64,000 nt of DNA, from positions 63,364,001-63,428,000 of the forward strand of contig CM060732.1 in assembly GCA_030704615.1 (NCBI GenBank), in the 5' to 3' direction. Position numbers and translations under genes: made by a program. The stretch comes from Takakia lepidozioides (lineage: Eukaryota; Plantae; Bryophyta). Under the pieces are notes generated by a model, which was not told the DNA's origin, did no database searches, and worked only from the letters and a program-made list of their open reading frames with translations. Positions 12,601 through 21,828 of the stretch are shown one piece after another; the first letter of the stretch is position 1; the number at the start of each line of letters is the position of its first letter.

Positions 12601-13167
12601 TGTGGCAAGTGGTACAGATCTTACCCTGGAGGAGGCAGACGCTCTAGGAAGTGCAGGGTTTCGACTGGTGGAGAGGACAGACGTTCCACGAAATCCAATT
12701 CCCAATCGTCATCCTCCTCCCACGAGAAGCTCTTCGCCCTGCATACCGGTGGGTGACCCCGCAGCTTGGCCCACCCATCGGTGGGGTAAACTGAAAAGAC
12801 GGCGGCCACCAACAAAGGCGAACGACACCAGGATGGCCAACGCTCTTGCAATGCCCTGCATAGTGCAAGGTTGCAGGGATGTTCCTCACCCCGGGATGGG
12901 GCGCATATTTCAGTTGTCAACAGCCGGTCTGCTGCGCGTAGTGTCGTGTATGCAATCACGGTTTCACAGTACCCAGCTTGCAACTGTGAGGACTTCCTTG
13001 TTATGGAATCGAAGAATGCAGCATACGTCCCCTGCAAACACCTTTATTACATTTTTATGAAGCGCATGAGTTGCATATCCGCAGTGGACGTCTTCATCCA
13101 TGCTCCAACACTGAGTTTCAACGAGCTGCACAAGGCCCTACGGCAGGATACTGGTCGGACTGCTTGA
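9637..13167 (+). pseudogene. MULE-type transposase: GCM-like Zn DNA-binding domain, DDE core, C-terminal SWIM zinc finger; split by three apparent 1-bp deletions
   Basis: ORFs 9349-10437, 10386-10892, 10889-13060 and 12871-13167 tile one protein: CAGHLKC...CAHC...C...HIGKHEHP (GCM-like); VMFDH, FMADNAQANWAAVRRVYG, CGFHFMQSL (CxxH) and TTNMAESVHS (MULE DDE core); CNCEDF...CKHLYYIF (SWIM). Comparison with the outer copy shows single-base losses at ~10400 (A run) and ~10885 (G run); a third at ~12927 is inferred. Confidence 0.88.
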
Positions 13168-13623
13168 CATTCCACATTCGGGAAGGAGAAAGTGGCAATT
13201 ATATTACATTCATCTTCTTGCACCCTATTTTTTTGTGAGGAATTATATACTTGGTGGTGCCGCATCGCCATGGCTACATGTGAATTTCGTCCACCTTTAT
13301 GAGAAGACTCCAATTTGCTACAAATACATTGTTACTGTTCTGCAAATGTGATGCCTTTACAAGATTGCTAGTTCTGTGTCCCAGTGGGAAGGGTCCTACT
13401 GCACATTCCAGCATTTGCATACTGCACCTTGTGCAAACAGCAATCCATACGACAAAGGACACGTCCCAGCATACTGGCAGTGAATTGCAAAAAACCTTAA
13501 CAGAAGATTATCGAAGCATGTATATTCCCCATATGGCACAGGGAAGCTGCTTGATTTCTGAATGAAAATGTATGTGCCATGAGTGTCAGCGAGTTGAAAC
13601 ATGTCTACTCTAGCATGCAAGAC

Positions 13624-14175
13624 CTATGGTCCCCTCGCCCAAGAAGAAGGAACTCGAACTGGCCTCTCAAGGACCTCCTCAGTGACCGGGTGCCTATATT
13701 TGAACAAAATGTCAGTGGTTTCTGTCGCCCGGTTGAAACTAACGAGGATGTCGTGTTTATCGATAGCGCCCCCTTGGTAGAAGGACATTTTCACAGTGGG
13801 CCCTGTGTTCCCCTCCTCCTCATCCTCATAACTGAAGAGAATGTCCCCACTTTCCGAGCCAGTCCGTCCACGCGTAAAGTTTTCACCTATGCACTCATCA
13901 TACGTCCACTCGCAACAATTCCAGCGATACAGCAACGCTGTGCGTGATCTGTTCGGCTCCCACACATGCGGAAAGTCCAGGTCCATGATGCGTAGGAACC
14001 ACCTGCTCCCCAGCCGGGGTCCAGGAGAATCGTGCAATCCTGGAAGAAACTCCATTGCTCTCAGCTGGACAAGTCGAGGATCGTCCCTGTAAACATCCAG
14101 GAAGACAATGATGTCGTCTGCTTTCGGGAAAATGACTCCCGTCTGGCGTCGATAGATGTGATTCGGGCACGACAT
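13624..14175 (-). CDS. Orphan ~183-aa ORF inside the MULE, convergent with the transposase
   Basis: Uninterrupted ORF from ATG 14175 (MSCPNHIYRRQ...ARGP) with globular, aromatic-rich composition; starts just inside the right subterminal repeat array. No family recognised. Confidence 0.5.
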   Translation of the reverse strand: MSCPNHIYRRQTGVIFPKADDIIVFLDVYRDDPRLVQLRAMEFLPGLHDSPGPRLGSRWFLRIMDLDFPHVWEPNRSRTALLYRWNCCEWTYDECIGENFTRGRTGSESGDILFSYEDEEEGNTGPTVKMSFYQGGAIDKHDILVSFNRATETTDILFKYRHPVTEEVLERPVRVPSSWARGP

Positions 14176-14296
14176 GGCCTCACGACACAGCACGAACTCA
14201 AAGCAGGGAGGAGATGGGCACAACAGAGAAGAGTGAAGAGCAAAATGAGAGCAAGGCCTCCCTCACCGTAAGGCGGGTATTTGCTCTCCGACGCCC

Positions 14297-14765
14297 AATT
14301 TCGGCGCCGTTATTACATGGAGTGCGGAAGCTTCAGCCGAGAATTTTGTTTCCGCAGGTCAATTTCGGCGCCGTTATTGGTTGCAATCCCCAGCCTTCAG
14401 CCGGGTATTTGGTTTCCGGACCCAATTTCGGCGCCGTTATCGGCTGCACTCCGGTGGCTTCAGCCAAGTATTTGGTTTCCGGGGCCCATTTCGGCGCCGT
14501 TATCGCCTGCACTCCGGAGGATGCAGCCGGGTATTTGGTTGGCAGAGCCCAATTACTTTCACCGTTGTTGGCTTCACTCCCGAGCCTTCAGCCCGCTATT
14601 TCTTTTCCTGTGCCCAATTACGGCGTCGTTATACCCAACCATCCTGCACTTCTGCAATAGTACTGTCCACGGTTATATGTCGCCATTGCGTTTTCGGAGT
14701 CTGCAAACCCGGATCCTAATTCCGCTTGCGTCTCTGCCTCTAGGATAATTTCGGTGCCGTTATTG
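14297..14765 (+). repeat. Right subterminal tandem repeat, ~63-65-bp unit containing AATTTCGGCGCCGTTA
   Basis: Units start at 14297, 14361, 14424, 14487, 14551 and 14616, with a further copy at 14747; shared GGTATTTGGTTTCCGG linker. Confidence 0.9.
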
Positions 14766-15001
14766 CCCATAATTCAGTTATTCTATGACCTGGCCTGGCG
14801 GTCCATGAGCCTGGGCTCCAAGTCATGAGCATACACTAGTACTCATGAGCGGAGTGCTTCCAGCATGAGCGCGGAAATCTTCGATTTTTGATTATTTTAT
14901 AGTTTTTGGCCCGAAAAAAATCTGCCGAAATTCGAAGTGTGTTACTTTGCGGCTCATGGGTTAGCCATGCCCGCTCATGAGCTCATGGAATAGCAACCCC
15001 C

Positions 15002-18000
15002 ACAAATTCACATCGGATATTGGGTGCCTGAATTGTGATGTACCACCAGTTGGGCTACAATAAATCAGGCCTTCTCATGAATTTCGGCACTGAAATCTGG
15101 ATGAACATCTCTGTCATGTAACAGATTTGGAAGCCACGGGATGAATTCCGGCGACAGAAATCGAAATTTGTTCACCTCATGAAACTGAGTAAGCACCCGA
15201 CGGATGGATTTCGGTGCCGAAATTTGGATGAGCATGTTCTTCATGAAATTGATTATGCACATAAAGGATGAATTTCGGAGCCGAAATACGGATGAATGTG
15301 TTTGTGATTAGAGTCATGATTCACCATGTGTCCGGATTTCGGTGCCGACATCCGAATGAGAGTAATCCTGAATCGATAGTAGGGATGAATTTCGGCGCCG
15401 AAATTCATCGTTCGCATGGGAAAAAATTTATTGGAGGGACGACGTTGGATGAATTTCGGCGCCGAAATTCATTCTTCTTCTCCTTTTTCGACCCTAATTT
15501 TGCTGTTCTGCGGTTGAATTTTGGCGCCGAAATTCATCCGAAGTCCTCCCTTCATTTTTTTTTCCTTGCGACAGACGAATTTCGGTGCCGAAATTCATCC
15601 AAAGTCCTCCTTTCAAATTTTCTTTTTTCTTCGCAAGCAATGAATTTCGGTGCCGAAATTCATCCAATGCCCTCCCTCCAATATTTATTTTTCTTTGAAA
15701 TGGATGAATTTCGGCTCCGAAATTCATCCTTACTGTCCGCAAAGGGTAACTCCAATATTACATTTTCTATGCAATGGATGAATTTCGGCGCCGAAATTTG
15801 TCCGAACCTGACACTTACTTCTTGCTTCTGGATGATGTAAGGTTCCGAAATTCGTTTGAAATAACCCATTCAGACAAAAATAACACGAATATTCTGCATT
15901 AAATGGAGAAATCGGCACATTCAACCCCTTATGTCTTTCAAAAGGCCGTTATCCAATGACGAAAGGGGATATTTTCTCATGTTGGGGGAAAATTAATTGC
16001 ATTTTAGCCGTTGTTTTCATTTGAAACTGACAATATCCATTAAGTGGTCATTTTTCGTACAGGACATTGCCGCACATAAAGTATAAATTCGGTGCCGAAA
16101 TTATACTTAACAGTCCAGACATGGCAAGTCCAACAGGCGTGGACAGCAACCGTGAGGGGCAATGATGGCGGCAAAACGTAGCATGGTGCCGATTTAGTCT
16201 TCGCGCTGGATGTATTTTGGCGCCGAAATATGGATGATTTCACCTCGTCTACGCGCGGACGGAGATATTCTTAATGAATTTCGGCTCCGAAATATGGATG
16301 AAATGTGCCCAAGTGCAGCGTTCTCCACTGTCCCAGAATTAATTCTGACTCCGATATCCGACTGACAGGTGTGCTCATGACGGATGAGGACTGGGGAAGT
16401 GATGAATTTCGGCGCCGAAATTCATATGTTTGTGTATGAAAGCACTTGCATAGGATGAATTTCGGCGCCGAGATTTATCCGTCCGTTGATGAAACGTGCC
16501 GACCTGACTCTTGAATGTCGGTAGGCAGGGGAATTTCATGGCGGTTGGGTTTCATGATGTGCGGATAGTTCATTCAATGCCGGCTGCTCCGGGAACAGCA
16601 TCCGGTGAACGGAACGGTATTTCGGCGCCGCAATTCCGATAAAGCGTCTTCTACTGGTTGGTTGAACAGGCACGCGTCGTGTTCCAGTCGACTTCATCCG
16701 TGCGATCGTATCAGGGGTCGCAATATCTTCATCACCCATACGGTAGAAAGTGGTGGACGGTGGCAACGCTTCGGGAGACGTGGCTGCTTACGCATCTGCT
16801 CGTGCATAGTGGTTGCATGTTCCACCACGTCGCTCTCTCGCTCCTTGCCCTTCTGCAGTGACATTCTCTTGCGTTTCCTCTCCTTATGCAGCATAGTGAT
16901 AACATAGAGTTTGTGGAAGGTCAGGCGACTCCGGCGCAGAGAAGGAGGACGCGGGATTTTGGGAAGCCACCGACGACACGACTTAACCTCCGTCTCATGC
17001 AGGAAATGCAGACCTCATTATCCGGAGACTCGGATCGCCCACCAGTGAGAGATTCGTGCTTCGCGGATGTGAAGCACTCCATACGCACTATTCCTTTTAC
17101 ATCTTTTTGTGTGTGTGTAGTGTGTCATGTTTTCCTGTTTGTTTGACATGGGAGCTGGGGAGGGATCGTAGGGGGGCGAGCCAACACAGTCAACTTTGGA
17201 TACTCTTGCCCGGGTGCTGCGCTCGCAAGGTGGAAGTGCATCGAGGCAGGTGACTCCTCAGAGAACACCTCAGAAAAGCCCACCTAGAGTCCGGAAGCCG
17301 AGGAAGCAAAAAGAGCCCATGGCTTCGCCAGTAAAACCACTTGGGAGACTGGAAGCGGAGATATTGGGTTTGCAGGAAGTTTTAGAAAACACGGATGCGG
17401 AGAAGGCCGCTGGAGATGTCGAACTCGGATCTGTAGAAGGGCGGCCCATTGAGCTGACAGAAGCAGAGGACGACAACGTGGTGCGACTTGACGACTTCCC
17501 AGGAGATCAGAACCTGCTGGAGCTTGCGGAGGAGCAAAACCTCCAGGACAGTAGACAGGCTGGTGAGAGGGGTGAGGGAAGTGAGAGAGGTGATAGAAGT
17601 AAGAAACTGGTGGCGGGTATGCTCATGAGCGCACGAGACATGAACATAGCAGCAAACAAGTTGCTGGCAGAGACTCATAGCAACATAGGCCACGTTTTGG
17701 GCTCCATGGTGTATCCGGAGAACCTCAAAGTTCCTTTGTGTCGCATGGTTAGCCTTCCAGTTGTAAGGCAAGCACTGCAAGGGGACATCGATCGACTGAA
17801 TCACAACTTCAGAGAGGGGTACAGACGGGGGTCGGCAGCATTCTACGTTTCCATTGAGAATGACCAGGGTGTCACAAAGGGCCCCACTGCAGATGAGCTT
17901 CAGAATTGGAGCCCCCACTGGCACACTATAAATGCCGAGTTTGAAGCCTCTCTGAAGACTAATCCCACATTCGCACACATGGCAGGGAAGATGTTCTTCG

Positions 18001-18270
18001 TTTGGGATGGGAACCACAGGATGTTTGCCTTGACAGAGTACATTGCTGAAATGCATCCGCAAGATATCAATTGGCATTACATGGTGGACTACATTGTCGT
18101 GAAGGTGGACGTGAGGGACAGAGGACTGTTGAAGGGTGCCATGGCAGATATAAATCTGTAAGTATACAACTACATCCTTGTGTACTGCCTATTGCGGCGC
18201 CGAAATAGACAACGTTCTTGACTGTCATGCACTCTATGAACTGGAAATTGGATTGCTGTGCTGAAATCTG
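15002..18270 (-). mobile_element. Outer MULE copy, second arm: palindrome array and ParB exon; truncated near 18270
   Basis: Reverse-complement homology to ~6190-9460 of the inner element, including the palindrome array at ~15075-16640. Homology stops inside the first intron. Confidence 0.9.
17148..18157 (+). pseudogene. Exon 1 (ParB-like domain) of the outer-copy ParB-MTase gene
   Basis: ATG 17148 (MGAGEGS) followed by TAG where the inner copy has CAG; FFVWDGNHRMFAL motif; donor ATAAATCT|GTAAGT at 18157/18158. Confidence 0.85.
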
Positions 18271-18339
18271 GTTATTTTTTGCATTGGAATGAGTACCAAA
18301 GCATTTCTTGTATCTCATTCTGCTCTTGGAATGAGTAGT

Positions 18340-18705
18340 TCTCAGCAAAGTCTATGACCGAGAAGAAGTTGTGAAGCACAAACTTCACCAATTTTGGTTT
18401 CAGGTACTTTGATGAATTCAGCAGCTGGTGTTTCCTTGTACTGAAGTCGCGTCACAGTTTTAGGCTCACCTTTCTTAGTCCGCCCTGCAGGAACTTTTCC
18501 ATAGCATCTCCATTGGACAAGTTTGTCATCAGAGCCTCTTGATGTTTCACTGGGGCAAAGAGGAAGGGTTTCAATGCCACAATTTGAACACTCACCATAG
18601 AGACACTTGCGGTTGTGCCACTTGGCAAGATCATCTTTTGGACAAAGTATGAGCTCCCAAAACGTCGTGATTCGATTACATTTTGTGAGGGAAGCCATAC
18701 ACTTA
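18340..18705 (-). pseudogene. Cys-rich fragment of an unrelated DNA-transposon protein
   Basis: CLYGECSNCG...VQWRCY...YKETPAAEFI resembles the CxxGxCxxC segment found upstream of some DDE cores; superfamily not confidently assigned. Confidence 0.4.
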
Positions 18706-18706
18706 C

Positions 18707-18785
18707 TGTCGCGGCCCTTTGCCTTGAGGGCAGGGGGTCGGGACACATGAGGGGCTGCCCCTGTAGTGGGGGCATCGGCAGCGAT
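18707..18785 (+). repeat. Orphan 5' stub of the same LTR family as 21057
   Basis: TGTCGCGGCCCTTTGCCTTGAGGGCAGGGGGTCGGGACACATGAGGGGCTGCCC is identical to the LTR start at 21057. Confidence 0.9.
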
Positions 18786-19950
18786 GTTTTCTTATGTTTG
18801 ATCACGTCAAACGGGTGAAAGATTGGACGACTATGGCTTGTCATGTGTACGATAATGTATACCAGCAAGTTATGACAATTGCAGTTTGTGACATGCAATC
18901 GGAGGATTCGGAATCCCAACAACTAATATGGAAATCCCTGATTCGTGTTATGGGGTGCCATGGCGTCCTGCTCCGAATTTTCATTGTTCATGGCAGTGCA
19001 GACGTGCACAGGCGAATTTCAATGTTGTACGAATTATCTTCGGATCGAGGGACCCAAAGGTGCCAATGGAGGGAAAAGAGCGTACATGTTTGTTCCATTG
19101 GACCCAATCTCTGGAGAAACATACGAAAACGGATATCAAACCTGAGATGCAGACACAACATCATAAGTTGTGCAAAGAGTACAAAGATGCGAATCAATGG
19201 CGGAGGCGAATATATTGTTCCAGACAATTTGTGCCTGGTGGTTCTCTTCAGCGCAAGCCATCACTTGAGAGTATGAAACGTTGGAAGATTGGCTTGGCGT
19301 TTTGGCACTTCCGGTACAGACATGGGGAGCATCTATGACAATGTACGTCCGCTAGTACTGCATGCATTTTCCATATCGTTCCGTGGTGCAGATCTGCATC
19401 TGCTTGGGTGGTTTTGTAACCTCTTTGATATTCCTGAAGTATGTTTTCCACTTTGCAGAACATGTCCATTGAGGAAATGGCAGACATGCCATCTTGCAAT
19501 TTGGCAGAGACAGTGCACAACACATGGTTGCCACAGTCTTGGGAAAACGGGGTCCGGGGGTTTGTATGGTGCAATAACAGACGATCTCATATGTGCACTC
19601 CAACAACAAACCAAGTATTGTGACTTCTTGAGAGGAGGCGCTGGTGGGAAGGGTCCGGACAAACAATAGTTGATGTTGCGGCTTGCAAGGCAGATCAAGG
19701 GATCCAAGCAAGATAGCACGGGCGTTGGATATGTGTTCCAAGGGAACGCCTCTTGTGTCTAGGGTTCCACATCTGGAAGGGGAGAGAGATTCCGGCTCCT
19801 GCAAGAGGAATTGAACACCCCACCTGGTTCGGATTCCAAATCGCACAGGGCAAACCATGATAACTTTCCCACGCCTCGTGTCCCTCTGCATGAGAGATAT
19901 ATAACCATCCCTTCTTGAGGAACCTGCGACTTCCCTACTTCTCATCTATC
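18786..19950 (+). pseudogene. Degenerate transposase of a sister MULE family
   Basis: MFDHVKRVKDWTTMACHVYD, MEGKERTCLFHWTQSLEKHTK and MPSCNLAETVHNTW parallel the 10889-13060 protein; many frameshifts. Confidence 0.85.
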
Positions 19951-20013
19951 ATTTGTTTGGACCCTGGTCCGACACCCACCATATTGATCAATCAGGCTTT
20001 TGGGGTTTTTTGC

Positions 20014-20650
20014 TCATATATTGCTACAGGCTAAAGTACTTACCTTAAGTTTGTACTTCACCATCATCTCATCCACACAAGTTTTGCTCCGCGAAGGTTG
20101 CCAGAAGCGAGCATACACCTCATTTTGCTGGTCTAACAACCAACGGGTCTTTGCAATTTTATCATAAACAGGGGGTGATTTATTCACCTCCACTAACCGG
20201 TTGTCCACTAGGTGCAAACACCTCAAGATATCCTTTGAAAATGGTTTTTTCTTGCTTGTTTCTTTCTTCGCAACGTTCGCCCAATAAAAACAAAATGAGA
20301 GGCCCATCAATGCCAGCATGTACTCGAAGACCAAACATAACCAATTTGTCATAAGCTACACCACGAATTGCATACATGTTTTAGTTTTGCCTACAATTTG
20401 TGCGATATTAATGCAAGAAAAACGTCTTGCATGTGCATCTTCAAAGAACATGACGATGCATGAGATAAAATACTTACAGTCAATGTGCCATAGAGCCATA
20501 GGCATTGTCACATTTGCGCATAATGGAAGGACACTTGAAGAATTCATTGCTATCTTGCCAGTAGCATCATTAATGTATTGGGCAATTTCTTAATTCCCAT
20601 GAGAGTATGAACTCCCAACCAAGCCTTTAATTTCACAACAGCCTCTACCA
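20014..20650 (-). pseudogene. piggyBac-like (PGBD) transposase fragments
   Basis: KLKAWLGVHTLMGIKKLPN and DILRCLHLVDN...YDKIAKTRWLLD...WQPS...CVDEMMVKYK match piggyBac blocks (first catalytic Asp in VDE). Confidence 0.7.
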
Positions 20651-21056
20651 TGTCTTCACTGTTAACAACGTCATCTAAATCGAGGAGAGCACTTACTGTT
20701 ACTGGCATAGGCTCGTCAAGGTGCATATGAAGGCAAACATGAGAGGGGATGGTATGCACCCAAGCCCAGCGAAGAATGAGACAACAGATGTATCATACAC
20801 ATACAATGTCCCATGACTTTTTCCATACAGAAATAAATAAAATAAAATAAAAAACTTTATTTTGTGGATTTCCATGGGGGCTGGAAAATAAGTGTGTGTT
20901 AAACGCACACTTGCTTTACAACATCCTTCTAGATTACTTGGGTCTCCTCTATCGTTGCTCTCTAAAGATCCCCCGACTTAGTGATGAGTCCCCCCGCGCA
21001 CAAGCACGAAGGAGAGGCTAACGTCAAACCGGGGCCTAGAATTCAGCGACAAGGTG

Positions 21057-21773
21057 TGTCGCGGCCCTTTGCCTTGAGGGCAGGGGGTCGGGACACATGA
21101 GGGGCTGCCCTTGTGGTGGGGGCAGCGGCAGCGATAGGTATGGGGGGCTGAAGCACCCTTGAGTGCCCAAGGCACTCAAGGAGGCGGAGGCGCTCACTAG
21201 GTGGAGCCCCGCACACCGGGTTGGCGGTGGGGGTGGCTCCACAAGGGTGATGGTAGCTTAGCGGGACTTAGTGGGGGTGGCATAGGACTCACCATGGGGG
21301 CGGAGACCTCGTGGTGGGAGTCGTGGGAGTCTTGGGACTCATCACGGTCCATAGGGGCCGTGGTGAGTGGGCCAAGACTCACCGCGACTCATCACCGGGA
21401 TCGAGGGTTTTCGTGGTGGTTCACCATAAAATGGCATGGCTGGTTGTGAAACCCCCGCGGACGGCTACAGAAGTATAATAAGGGGAGTAGTGACCCTGAG
21501 AACGGTGCAAGCCCGTTGGTGACCAAAACTAGTGAGTAAGCGAGCGAGCCGGAAAGCGACCAAAGAGTGGGGAGCTGTTCCGGACTGCCATCTACCAAAG
21601 GGAATTCCACCAGCCCAAATAGGTGGAGGGTTTAGTGGAAGCGAAGGGGACCGTTATGTCCCGTGAGCAGCCAAAGCTCCAAGTTGGCCCGGAGCCAGTT
21701 GGGAGTCAGGCGCGCGCATCAAAGCGAGTAACTATGACTTGAAGGGGAGCTTACCGAATTGAGGTGCGCGACA
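21057..21773 (+). repeat. 5' LTR
   Basis: Starts TGTCGCG and ends CGCGACA (terminal inverted repeat); followed by the PBS. Confidence 0.93.
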
Positions 21774-21775
21774 CT

Positions 21776-21787
21776 TGGTATCTGAGC
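21776..21787 (+). promoter_or_regulatory. Primer-binding site complementary to initiator tRNA-Met
   Basis: TGGTATCTGAGC, 2 nt after the LTR; one mismatch to the canonical TGGTATCAGAGC. Confidence 0.85.
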
Positions 21788-21828
21788 TTAGAGTTCAGTA
21801 CGCGATCGTCCTTGGGATTGGCCTCATC

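Larger units (their letters stand above)
1713..15001 (+). mobile_element. Complete 13,289-bp Mutator-like (MULE) DNA transposon carrying a transposase, a ParB/methyltransferase-like gene and an orphan ORF
   Basis: Left end GAGGTTTACTATTTCATGAGC versus right end (reverse complement) GGGGGTTGCTATTCCATGAGC, 17/21 identical. Perfect 9-bp TSD ACAAATTCA at 1704-1712 and 15002-15010, typical of Mutator. DDE+SWIM transposase inside. Confidence 0.93.

Noticed and set aside
15268-15840. 190-aa ORF with repeated MNFGAEI peptides (and similar ORFs at 7859-9400)
   Set aside because: Translation artefact of the palindrome array; it reads the same on both strands.
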